This document shows, one piece after another, positions 38,434 to 46,334 of a DNA stretch of 54,681 nt. Numbering within the stretch: the first letter of the stretch is position 1; every line of letters begins with the position of its first letter. The DNA comes from a virus (lineage: Duplodnaviria > Caudoviricetes). Position numbers and translations under genes: made by a program. The stretch lies in IMG/VR virus record IMGVR_UViG_3300012890_000002, positions 1-54,681 of that record, one strand, 5' to 3'. A model generated the notes under the pieces. The model did no database searches and was not told where the DNA came from. It saw only the letters and a program-made list of their open reading frames with translations.

Positions 38434-38804
38434 CACCGGAACTGCAGGAACTGATCGGGCTGCGCTTCATCGTCCTCCTGACCGTGAGCGTGGTCCTGTC
38501 CCTGGTCGTCAGCTGGCTGCGGGCCAGCAAGGAACGCGACAACCTGCGCCGCGCAGGGCAGGTGCCGACCACGCTCGGCGAGGTGATGCGCGACACCCTG
38601 TACGGCACCCTGGCGGCCGTCTCGCTGCTGCTGATCCAGGACAGCATCAAGCCCTTGCAGATCAAGGCGGCGATGGGGCTGGCGATGGTCTACGGCTCCA
38701 TCGGCCCGCCGCTCTGGAGCTTCGCGGCAGGCCTGATCAGCGGCAAGTACGGCGTCTCACTCGTCAAAAAGGAGGGTCCGAATGATGGCAACAAGACAAG
38801 CTGA
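38430..38804 (+). CDS. Holin-like membrane protein
   Basis: About 3 hydrophobic segments; upstream of the endolysin. Confidence 0.55.
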   Translation: MTPELQELIGLRFIVLLTVSVVLSLVVSWLRASKERDNLRRAGQVPTTLGEVMRDTLYGTLAAVSLLLIQDSIKPLQIKAAMGLAMVYGSIGPPLWSFAAGLISGKYGVSLVKKEGPNDGNKTS

Positions 38805-39315
38805 ACGGCTCGTGGAGCGCGCGCACGCCCGGCGCGGCCCGGCCTGGACGTGGGTGGACGCGCTGCTGGTGGTGTTCCTGGGCGGGGTGATCCTACTCGG
38901 CGCCTTCGTGCCGGCGGTGCTGGCCGACATCGGTGACACGGTGATCGGTTCGACCCGCATCATCCCGGAGCTGCACACCAGTCTGAGCGGGCTGCTGCTG
39001 GTGATCGGTCGTTGGGTGCCGGCGCTGATCATCGCCTACGCGCTCTGGTACGTGCGGGAGGCCCCGTGGCAGACGCGGGCGGCCTGGGTGGTGGTGGCGA
39101 CCGCGCTGATGATGAACTTCGCCCGGAACGTGTACACCGGCAACCCGGCCACGCTCAGCTTCCTGCTGGCAGAGTTGGCGACCATCGTGCTGACCTGGCG
39201 GCTGTGCACCCGCCCGACCATCTGGGACACGCTGGCCGAGTACCGGGTCAGAGCGGAGAGCGCCGAGGCCAGGGCGCACGCGGCCGAGAAGGAACTCGAG
39301 AGGTGGAGGCCATGA
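38782..39315 (+). CDS. Multi-pass membrane protein (lysis cassette)
   Basis: About 4 hydrophobic segments plus a charged C-terminal coiled coil; AGGAGG RBS. Confidence 0.6.
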   Translation: MMATRQAERLVERAHARRGPAWTWVDALLVVFLGGVILLGAFVPAVLADIGDTVIGSTRIIPELHTSLSGLLLVIGRWVPALIIAYALWYVREAPWQTRAAWVVVATALMMNFARNVYTGNPATLSFLLAELATIVLTWRLCTRPTIWDTLAEYRVRAESAEARAHAAEKELERWRP

Positions 39316-39941
39316 TCGTCACCCGCCAGATGATCCTGACCGCGAACGCCCGACACCCGACTGCCGAACTGACCGCCTTGAAGATGACCTGGGCACTCGA
39401 CCAGTTCCACATCACCGACCCGCACTCGGCGGCGGCCCTGCTCGCCAACCTGACGGTCGAGAGCGGGATCATCCCGAAGCGCGAAGACCTGTACTACACC
39501 ACGGCCGCGCGTCTGAGAGCCGTCTTCCCCAGCAAGTTCGACCCCCGCCGCGGCGGCGTCTACCCGACCGGCCCCTACCTCGGCAACCCGCAGGGGCTCG
39601 CCAATCTGGTGTACGCGGGCAGGCTCGGCAACGGTGACGTGGCAAGCGGCGACGGCTGGCGCTACCGGGGCGGCGGGTATATCCAGACGACCGGCGAGGC
39701 GAACTTCCAGCGCACCGGCCTCCTGATCAACCAGCCGCTGCGCTCGACTCCAGAGCTGATCGAGCAGATCGGTGTGAGCTGCCTCGCCGCCTGCGCCTAC
39801 TGGACCCGCATGAGCGGCGCCGACGCAATGGCGAGGCAGGGCAACATCTCCGGCACCCGCTACGCCGTGAACGGTCGCGCAGGACTCGGCCTGTCCGACA
39901 TGCTCGCCGTCTACCGCCGCCTGCTGCCGCTGGTCGGCTGA
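39312..39941 (+). CDS. Endolysin, glycoside hydrolase family 19 (chitinase-like)
   Basis: LANLTVES, EDLYY, LAN.VYAGRLGN and GDGWRYRGGGYIQTTG..N motifs. Confidence 0.92.
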   Translation: MIVTRQMILTANARHPTAELTALKMTWALDQFHITDPHSAAALLANLTVESGIIPKREDLYYTTAARLRAVFPSKFDPRRGGVYPTGPYLGNPQGLANLVYAGRLGNGDVASGDGWRYRGGGYIQTTGEANFQRTGLLINQPLRSTPELIEQIGVSCLAACAYWTRMSGADAMARQGNISGTRYAVNGRAGLGLSDMLAVYRRLLPLVG

Positions 39942-39964
39942 GTCTTCCCCCTCTGGAGGCCCTG

Positions 39965-40690
39965 ATGGCCAAATACAAGTCCTACCTGGCAAGCAAGACG
40001 TTCTGGGCGCTCGTCGTGGCGCTCGTCGTTGCCGTCTACAACGCTGTGGCCCCGATCCGGCACTGGCCCGCCATTCCGGCCGAGCTGTTCGCCGTCCTGG
40101 GCGCCCTGGGGCTCTGGGGCATCCGTTCGGCTGACAGCACGCTGCTGCTGCCCGGCCAGAAGGCTCCGGTCCTGACCCCCGACAACGTGGTCCCCACACC
40201 CACCACTCCGACGCCCGCTCCGCTCCCGGCTCCCGAGGCCGCGCCGATCACTGGAGACCCCATGAATTTCAAACTGCTTGCCCTGCTCAGCGGGGCCCTC
40301 TCGCTCGGTTCCAGCACGCCCACGGCCGGACAGGCCACCGCGCTCGCTGCCTGGGCGGACAAGACCCTGCCGATCCTGCGGGCCGACGTGGAGAGCCTGG
40401 GTAGTGCCTTCGGGATGCCCGGCGTGATCAAGCTGGTGAGCGACACCGTGACGGCCGCCAACGGACTGGCCGGGGCATTCGCCGGCATGGACCGCGCCGA
40501 GGTGGTGGCGGTGGTCGTCCGGTTCGTGCTGCAGGAGTTCGCGCCGCTGGTCGCGCAGGCATGGCTGGCCCCGATCCTGGCGAGCGGCGCGCTCGAGAAC
40601 CTGATCGAGAGCGTGTACCGCCAGCTCTTCCCGGTGGCGCCAGTGGTCGACGCGCCAGAGCTGCCCAGCGGTGCGGAGGTGACGAAGTGA
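39965..40690 (+). CDS. Holin-like membrane protein with long C-terminal extension
   Basis: KSYLASKTFW + 2 TM segments + LGLWGIR; Pro-rich linker; internal RBS/ATG at 40262. Confidence 0.6.
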   Translation: MAKYKSYLASKTFWALVVALVVAVYNAVAPIRHWPAIPAELFAVLGALGLWGIRSADSTLLLPGQKAPVLTPDNVVPTPTTPTPAPLPAPEAAPITGDPMNFKLLALLSGALSLGSSTPTAGQATALAAWADKTLPILRADVESLGSAFGMPGVIKLVSDTVTAANGLAGAFAGMDRAEVVAVVVRFVLQEFAPLVAQAWLAPILASGALENLIESVYRQLFPVAPVVDAPELPSGAEVTK

Positions 40691-41055
40691 AGCGCCTGCT
40701 GCTCACCCTGCCGCTGCTGCTCGCCAGCTACGCCCTGATCGGGCCGTCCGCTCCCGTCCTGCCGGCCGATGCCCAGGGCGCGACCTTCACGGCCAGCCAG
40801 ACGCCAGGGCAGGCGTACACCACCCTGACGTACCTGCCGGGCAAGACGGCGACCCTGAACACCGTGGCGCACCTCATGGGCCCGGCCCTGCGGGTGAACG
40901 ACAGCCGCTGCATTCCGGAACCTACGGGCATCCTGTGCGTGCTGGGTGCCGTGCCCGCACCTGAGAAGCGGGTCATCTACGTGACCGGGTACGCTTCCTC
41001 GGTCATCAGGGCCAATCGAGAGAACGGCAGTCTGGTTGAGATCAGCGGGAGGTGA
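40687..41055 (+). CDS. Secreted small protein
   Basis: MKRLLLTLPLLLAS signal-like N-terminus; GGAGG RBS; GTGA overlap. Confidence 0.65.
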   Translation: MKRLLLTLPLLLASYALIGPSAPVLPADAQGATFTASQTPGQAYTTLTYLPGKTATLNTVAHLMGPALRVNDSRCIPEPTGILCVLGAVPAPEKRVIYVTGYASSVIRANRENGSLVEISGR

Positions 41056-41059
41056 CGCC

Positions 41060-41518
41060 ATGCCCTATGCCGTAACCCTCCCTCCTGGCGTGCGTGGTGA
41101 CGCCTTCGAACGCGCGATCGCCCTGACCTACCCCGGCCCGCTGGTCTCCGGCCGGCCGGGGCCGAACATCCCGATGCCCGCCGACAAGCTCGCCCAACTG
41201 CAGGCCGCCTACCCGACCATGCAGGCCGAGTTCCGCAAAACGGCCACCGACGCCACCGCCCTGATCAGCCTGAGCAGCGGCGACAGCAGCATCCGGATCG
41301 AGGCGGCCTACCCGCTCCCGGACGGCACCACCGGGCCGTGCCTGGTGCTGCGGTTCACCGGCGAGCAGACAAAGAACGTCATTTCGGAATGCGTCTGGGA
41401 TCTGCAATTCAGTGGGCCTGGGGTCGGACCTTACACCTGGATCGGCGGGAAGTGGAAGATCGTGCAGGACGTGACGCGGCCAGACGCGGGCCTGATCGTA
41501 GGGCCGATCGAGACATGA
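41060..41518 (+). CDS. Fibre-anchoring protein (BppU N-terminal-like)
   Basis: RGDAF...AEFRK...I.I...L.FT.EQT...VWDLQ...GKW.I..DVTR pattern. Confidence 0.6.
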   Translation: MPYAVTLPPGVRGDAFERAIALTYPGPLVSGRPGPNIPMPADKLAQLQAAYPTMQAEFRKTATDATALISLSSGDSSIRIEAAYPLPDGTTGPCLVLRFTGEQTKNVISECVWDLQFSGPGVGPYTWIGGKWKIVQDVTRPDAGLIVGPIET

Positions 41519-41820
41519 CGACCCTCGGCCCTAATCCGCACGTGCTTGCGCAGATGCTGCCGGGCGTGGTCTGGGACCCCTCGCCGCTGATGCAGATGCT
41601 GCCCGGCGGCCTACCGGACCCGGTGCTGGCGGCCACTGCGGCCATCCCCGTCGAGGCCGGTGTGGCCTTTGTCCCGGTCCCTGGGCCACCCGGAACCCCC
41701 GGCAGTGCCGCTGCCACCCTCCCGTGGGCCTCCATCACCGACCGCCCTGACCTCGTGACTGAGGACGAGGTCACGCCCGCCGTCGACCTCGTCCTCGTGT
41801 TCGAGAACGTCCTCGCCTGA
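41515..41820 (+). CDS. Small fibre-associated protein
   Basis: PGPPG and WASITDRP fibre-type motifs; ATGA coupling. Confidence 0.55.
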   Translation: MTTLGPNPHVLAQMLPGVVWDPSPLMQMLPGGLPDPVLAATAAIPVEAGVAFVPVPGPPGTPGSAAATLPWASITDRPDLVTEDEVTPAVDLVLVFENVLA

Positions 41821-41830
41821 AAGGAGTCCC

Positions 41831-42322
41831 ATGAGTCTCGCCACCCAGATCACCGCTCTGGCGACCCGTATCGCCACCGAGTTCAAGACCGCGTACAGCC
41901 GGATCGGCACGCTCGCCAACCTCACCACCACCGCCAAGGGCGACCTGGTCTCGGCCGTGAACGAGGTCAAGGCGCAGGTCGCCGGGGCCGCCACGATCAA
42001 CGACACGACCACCAACAGTACGAACACCTGGAGCAGCAGCAAGATCAACAGCGCGGTCACCTCCGCCATCGCGGGCGTGGTGGGTGCCGCGCCGGCCGCG
42101 CTCGATACCCTGAAGGAGATCGCCGACCAACTGGCGACCGACGAGACGGCCACCGCCGGGCTGGTGACGGCCGTCGGCTTCCGCCTGCGCTTCGACGCCG
42201 CACAGAGCCTGACCGGCACCCAGCAGACGCAGGGACAGGCGAACCTGAACGTTTACAGCACCTCGCAGATCGGTGACCCGGCGACCGACTTCGTGGCCGT
42301 GTTCGTCGCGGCGCTGACCTGA
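41831..42322 (+). CDS. Fibre protein (coiled coil)
   Basis: LTTTAKGDLVSAVNE, TWSSSKI, APAALDTLKEIA and AQSLT..QQ.Q...NL fibre motifs. Confidence 0.75.
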   Translation: MSLATQITALATRIATEFKTAYSRIGTLANLTTTAKGDLVSAVNEVKAQVAGAATINDTTTNSTNTWSSSKINSAVTSAIAGVVGAAPAALDTLKEIADQLATDETATAGLVTAVGFRLRFDAAQSLTGTQQTQGQANLNVYSTSQIGDPATDFVAVFVAALT

Positions 42323-42323
42323 G

Positions 42324-43436
42324 ATGAGTCTCGCCTCCCAGATCAGCCTGCTGGCGACGGCCATCGGGGCGAAGTTCAAGAGCTGGATCACCTACAGCGA
42401 CCTGTTCGGCGACTTCGTGGCGTCGGGTCTGACCGTTCCGACGAGTGCCAGCCTGAGCAGCACCACCACGGCGGGCGTAGCTTACGTCTCTGGTGCTCGC
42501 GTGGTCCTCGCCGCCACCGCCCGCACCTACACCGCCAGCAAGGACACCTACGTCGACCTGACGGCCGCAGGCGCCTACACCTACACCGAGGTGGCGAACG
42601 CGGCCGCAGCTCCTACACAAGCGGCGAACACCCTCCGGCTCGCCAAGGTCGTCACCTCCACGACGGCCGTCACCAGCGTCACCGACCTGCGCGTCACGGC
42701 GCTCACGCTGCGGAACCAGTTGCTGATCACCGCCGACGGGGCCATCCAAACCACCGGACCCGGGCAGGCGAGCAGTGTGGCCGGCAATGCTCGCGGCACC
42801 GGAGCGGTGGACCTCCAGACCAGCCGGGCCACCGCCGCCCGCGTGGCCAGCGGCACGAACGCGGCGATCATCGGCGGCAGCAACAACACGGCCAGCGGCA
42901 CGTCCTCGGTCGTCCTGGGCGGCGGCAGCAACACGGCCAGCGCCAGCTTCACGGTCGTGAGCGGCAGCGCGGCCTCTGCGCCTCGCTACGGCCAGCGGTC
43001 GCACTCCTCGGGACCGTTCGCCAGCGGTGGAGATGCCCAGATCACCGAGCATGCCCTGCGAATCGCCACGACCGACGCCACCCCGACGGTGATCACCCTG
43101 GACGGCGCGGCCATCAGCACCCAGGGGCGCTTCACGCTCGCGGCTGGGCAGAGCGTGCGCTTCCGGGGGTCGTTGCTGGCTCAGACGGCCAGCGCGGCGG
43201 TCGTGGCCAGTTGGGACATCAATGGGCTGATTGCTCGCGGGGCGACGGCCGCCAGCACCCGCCTGGTCGGCACGCCCACAGTGACGGCCGCCTTCGCGGA
43301 CAGTGGGGCCAGTGCCTGGACAGTTGCCGTGACAGCCGACACCACGAACGCAGCGCTGACCATCACTGTGACCGGAGCGGCGGCCACCTCGATCCGCTGG
43401 CTGCTCAAGCTGGACGGGCCAGAGTTGACGTTCTGA
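42324..43436 (+). CDS. Fibre protein with YadA-head-like repeats
   Basis: N-terminus paralogous to the previous gene; GNARG..AVDLQ and IIGGSNNTASG/VLGGGSNTASA repeats. Confidence 0.7.
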   Translation: MSLASQISLLATAIGAKFKSWITYSDLFGDFVASGLTVPTSASLSSTTTAGVAYVSGARVVLAATARTYTASKDTYVDLTAAGAYTYTEVANAAAAPTQAANTLRLAKVVTSTTAVTSVTDLRVTALTLRNQLLITADGAIQTTGPGQASSVAGNARGTGAVDLQTSRATAARVASGTNAAIIGGSNNTASGTSSVVLGGGSNTASASFTVVSGSAASAPRYGQRSHSSGPFASGGDAQITEHALRIATTDATPTVITLDGAAISTQGRFTLAAGQSVRFRGSLLAQTASAAVVASWDINGLIARGATAASTRLVGTPTVTAAFADSGASAWTVAVTADTTNAALTITVTGAAATSIRWLLKLDGPELTF

Positions 43437-43474
43437 ATTACAGACAATTAATGTCGAAAAGTTCACACTGGGTC

Positions 43475-43645
43475 ATGACACTCAACTGGGGGACGACGAT
43501 CATGGATCGGCTGTTGGGACGCGCGTACGCCAAGCCTGTGCCGCAGCCGGTCGTGCTGCCGCCTGCCACCCCAGTTCAGCCGGTACAGCGGGCCAAGCCT
43601 CTGGACTTCGATGACCTGCTCCGCGCGATGGGTGCCGAACTCTAG
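43475..43645 (+). CDS. Small hypothetical protein (start uncertain)
   Basis: Short ORF before the terminator; alternative ATGs at 43451 and 43502. Confidence 0.4.
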   Translation: MTLNWGTTIMDRLLGRAYAKPVPQPVVLPPATPVQPVQRAKPLDFDDLLRAMGAEL

Positions 43646-43668
43646 ACCTATCGGACTTGCGCCGCCAA

Positions 43669-43713
43669 CGCCCCCGCCCGCGCTGAGAAGCGTCTGGGCG
43701 GGGGCGCCCTTTT
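43669..43713. terminator. Terminator between the convergent late operon and TROVE gene
   Basis: CGCCCCCGCCC...GGGCGGGGGCG stem followed by CCCTTTT. Confidence 0.7.
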
Positions 43714-43764
43714 GCTGAAATCAGCCGTGTAATCCGGTACTTCTCAGTGACGGGTCATGCATTC

Positions 43765-45126
43765 CTAGCTCAGCGCGCCCTGCTCCTCTGCCTGGATCCA
43801 GGTCAGCACCTGCTCAGAAAATCCACTGATGCGCGTCCAGGGACCGAAGCCCACCCCGTGCTGCATGGCCGCAACGTTGACCATGTACGATTTGCTGGCC
43901 GTGGCTGCACCCACAGCGTCCTGACTCTGCTCATCGGTTAGGACGATCAGGCGGTCGTGGGGGCGGGCATTGATGTACTGAACCGCCGCGCCGAGCAGGG
44001 TGCCGCCCTCGGGTTTGCCCAGCGCATCTCGCAGAGCGAATCCACGGCGGGCAGGGAGCTGGGTCATGATGTTCTGCATCTCTCCTCTCCCCCAGTACCC
44101 CATCTGCGCTCCGGCATGGCCCGCCTGGAACGTCCAGACCTCGCAGGACTCGCACAGCTCGCGGGCCAGAATGGCGAGGCCTGCCGCGCCGTCGTAACGG
44201 GTCAGGTCGCTCTTTGCACTCATGGCTTCCGCCATGCTTCCGCTCCGATCGAGCAACAGCGCGGTATGGCCGGGCAGCTTGGGCATACTTTCTAGAGATC
44301 GCAGCATCGCGCCTTCCAGCTCCGGCTCCAGCTGAGGCGCGAAACGGGCAGCGGCGATAAACCGAAAGGGCAGGATGCGGTCCGTCTTCATTGCCTGGAG
44401 CGCCGGCCGGATCACAGCGTCGGGGACGCCCGCCTGCTGCATGTTCCGTAAATTGCGGAGCAGGGCGAGACCACCCAGCTTGCCCTCACCGATCAGCCGC
44501 TCCCATGTCGCCCGCTTGTCGGCCCCGCTGCTGAGCTGCGTTTCCCAAGTGTCGGGGGTCGCCAACTCGTCATTGTTCAGGCGCTTCCAGAGATCGGCCT
44601 GTACCGCGTCCTTCGGCTTCGGATGCGCAACCCGCAGGGCATCCTTGAGCTTGACCGTAGTCGCCCGGTTGTACTTCGCCAGGGCGTATTCGTCGAACTT
44701 TCCGAAGGCCTGCGCAAGCCCCTTCTTGATGCCCGCGCTGATCGGCTGACGGCCGTCCTGCCAGTAGAGGGCCAGAAATTCGGTCAGTTCATCGGGCCGC
44801 TGAATCACCCGGGCGAGCGTGCCTGCTACCAGGGAGCGGTGGCTTTCATGACGGGCCATCTCGCGCACGAGAAGCAATGGTACATGCCGCAGCTTGCCGC
44901 CTTCTCTGGCCTGCACGGCGATCTCAGCGACCGTCTCGGCCGGTAGTTTCGGAATCAACGCCTTGATGAGATCGGCGGTCGTCTGTCCATCAACGTAGAA
45001 CTGATCTTCCCAGAGCATGTTTGCCATCACGAGCCGCCGGAGCTGCTGCTCCGCATTTGCAGGAACGGCGGGCGCGTTCTCATGGGTGTGGTAAGGATTG
45101 CGGGCTGCAACATTTAACTGTGCCAT
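43765..45126 (-). CDS. TROVE-vWA RNA-binding protein, TEP1/p80-like branch
   Basis: FDEYALAKYN, LRVAHPKP, PDTWETQLS, WERLIGEGKL, ALLRNLRN and LPFRF motifs; vWA MIDAS DRSGS...GGT...LTDEQ; GGAGGAG RBS. Confidence 0.93.
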   Translation of the reverse strand: MAQLNVAARNPYHTHENAPAVPANAEQQLRRLVMANMLWEDQFYVDGQTTADLIKALIPKLPAETVAEIAVQAREGGKLRHVPLLLVREMARHESHRSLVAGTLARVIQRPDELTEFLALYWQDGRQPISAGIKKGLAQAFGKFDEYALAKYNRATTVKLKDALRVAHPKPKDAVQADLWKRLNNDELATPDTWETQLSSGADKRATWERLIGEGKLGGLALLRNLRNMQQAGVPDAVIRPALQAMKTDRILPFRFIAAARFAPQLEPELEGAMLRSLESMPKLPGHTALLLDRSGSMAEAMSAKSDLTRYDGAAGLAILARELCESCEVWTFQAGHAGAQMGYWGRGEMQNIMTQLPARRGFALRDALGKPEGGTLLGAAVQYINARPHDRLIVLTDEQSQDAVGAATASKSYMVNVAAMQHGVGFGPWTRISGFSEQVLTWIQAEEQGALS

Positions 45127-45150
45127 TGGACTCCTCCAAGGAATAGAAAA

Positions 45151-45233
45151 ACTCCGGGGGAAAGGTCGAACGCGGTTGTGCCCGAAGGCGTTTCTTTCGC
45201 AGAGAAGTAACCGTGTTCTGCGCCACCCGGAGC
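45151..45233 (-). ncRNA. TROVE-associated structured small RNA B (vault-RNA/Y-RNA-like)
   Basis: GCUCCGGGUGGCGCAGAACACGGUUACUUCU...GCC-UUCG-GGC...ACCGCGUUCGACCUUUCCCCCGGAGU; closed 5'/3' stem; cUUCGg tetraloop; U5 run at the 3' end. Confidence 0.82.
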
Positions 45234-45240
45234 AGGTTTG

Positions 45241-45311
45241 TTATTGGGGGGTAAGGGTCGGAAGCGGAGCTTATTTCCAAGAAGTAACCGCTCCCTGCGC
45301 CACCCCAACAA
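45241..45311 (-). ncRNA. TROVE-associated structured small RNA A (vault-RNA/Y-RNA-like)
   Basis: GUUGGGGUGGCGCAGGGAGCGGUUACUUCUUGGAAAUAAGCUCCGCUUCCGACCCUUACCCCCCAAU; same core as RNA B with compensatory stem changes; starts at the predicted TSS. Confidence 0.82.
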
Positions 45312-45315
45312 AAAA

Positions 45316-45344
45316 AGTGTACACCTTGACCAACAGGCAGTCAA
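45316..45344 (-). promoter_or_regulatory. Sigma70-type promoter for the RNA A-RNA B-TROVE operon
   Basis: TTGACT-N17-TACACT on the minus strand; predicted +1 near 45309, the 5' end of RNA A. Confidence 0.8.
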
Positions 45345-45382
45345 TTGTACAAATGTATGTACGCAGAAATGTACAAATGTAC
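45343..45382. repeat. parS-like centromere iterons upstream of parA
   Basis: AATTGTAC, AAATGTAT, (GTAC), AAATGTAC, AAATGTAC 8-bp direct repeats in an AT-rich island. Confidence 0.7.
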
Positions 45383-45432
45383 GAAGGCGTCTGAGCTTGC
45401 CTGATTTCTAGCGCTGAAGTACGGTGGTGGGC

Positions 45433-46029
45433 ATGCGCGTCTATGGGATCGTAAATGGAAAGGGGGGTAGCGGCAAAACGCATACCACCGTGCACCTCGC
45501 CCGCGAGGCTAGCCTGAAGCAGCGGGTAGCGGTGCTCGACCTCGACCCGGCGAAGCAGAGCGTGAACTGGATCGAGCTGGCCGGCATGGGCATTCCCGCG
45601 CTGGCTTTCGACATCAAGCAGCACGAACTGGTGGACTACGTAGAGCAGCTGCGCGCCGAGGGCGACCTCGACGTGGTGATCATCGACACCCCGGCAAACG
45701 ACCGGGACGCCATGCTCGAGACCCTGATGGCCTCGGACGTGGCCGTGATCCCACTGGGTGTGGGGACGAGCGACACCGGGATGCTGGGCACCACCGAGCG
45801 GCAGATCAAGCGGGCGCAGCAGCTCCGGCCGGACCTGAAGGCGTTCATCCTGATCAACCGCGCAGGGTTCGCCCCGGCCAGGACAGAGGAGACGGTGATC
45901 GAGGCCCAGAAGACCGGGTTCAAGGTCCTGGACGCCCGCATCCCGCTCCGGGGTGACTACCAGGCCGCCGCTGGGAAGATGCCGAAGGGGCACCATTACG
46001 GTGAGGTCTGGAAGGAGATCAACTCGTGA
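45433..46029 (+). CDS. parA: Partition ATPase, short Walker type (ParA/ParF)
   Basis: NGKGGSGKT deviant Walker A; LDLDP; VIIDTP; ILINR; no N-terminal HTH. Confidence 0.93.
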   Translation: MRVYGIVNGKGGSGKTHTTVHLAREASLKQRVAVLDLDPAKQSVNWIELAGMGIPALAFDIKQHELVDYVEQLRAEGDLDVVIIDTPANDRDAMLETLMASDVAVIPLGVGTSDTGMLGTTERQIKRAQQLRPDLKAFILINRAGFAPARTEETVIEAQKTGFKVLDARIPLRGDYQAAAGKMPKGHHYGEVWKEINS

Positions 46030-46328
46030 GCCTGCCGCAGCCCAAGAAGAAGGCCGCTGCGCCGTCCATGCTCGACCTGAACCGGGAGCAGGAGGCGGAA
46101 GCGGCGAGAGGGGAGGGGATGCGACTTGAGGCGCCCCAGGGTGGCCCCACCGGGCGGCTGAGCGTGGCCCCGATCCTTCAGGCGACCCTCGACAGCTTCG
46201 AGGACCAGTACACCGCCTTGAAGCGGCAGAAGCGCAGTCTGAAGCGGTATGACGTGATCGAGGCGCTGCTTCAGGCGTTTACCGAGGATCCGGAGGTGCA
46301 GCGCGCGGTGATCGAGCGACTGAAGTAG
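46026..46328 (+). CDS. Small partition partner / centromere-binding protein (type Ib-like)
   Basis: GTGA-coupled to parA; flexible N-terminus and helical C-terminus (KRYDVIEALL). Confidence 0.7.
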   Translation: MSLPQPKKKAAAPSMLDLNREQEAEAARGEGMRLEAPQGGPTGRLSVAPILQATLDSFEDQYTALKRQKRSLKRYDVIEALLQAFTEDPEVQRAVIERLK

Positions 46329-46334
46329 AACGAA

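Noticed and set aside
32174-43436. Diversity-generating retroelement or invertible tail-fibre switch
   Set aside because: No reverse transcriptase or invertase, and no TR/VR pair with adenine-specific mismatches or inverted fibre cassette was seen.
43765-45126. Calling the gene rsr (canonical Ro60 ortholog)
   Set aside because: It lacks the Ro60/Rsr-type signature motifs as I recall them and matches TEP1/p80-type motifs; the symbol is withheld pending phylogeny.
45151-45311. tRNA genes or a CRISPR mini-array
   Set aside because: There is no cloverleaf or anticodon arm, and GUUCGAC lies in a stem rather than a T-loop. The two units covary as folded RNAs rather than identical repeats with spacers, and no cas genes are present.
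45326-45344. TTGAC-N9-GTCAA palindrome as a DdrO/RDRM or LexA box
   Set aside because: It is explained by two opposed -35 hexamers and does not fit the 17-bp RDRM pattern as I recall it.
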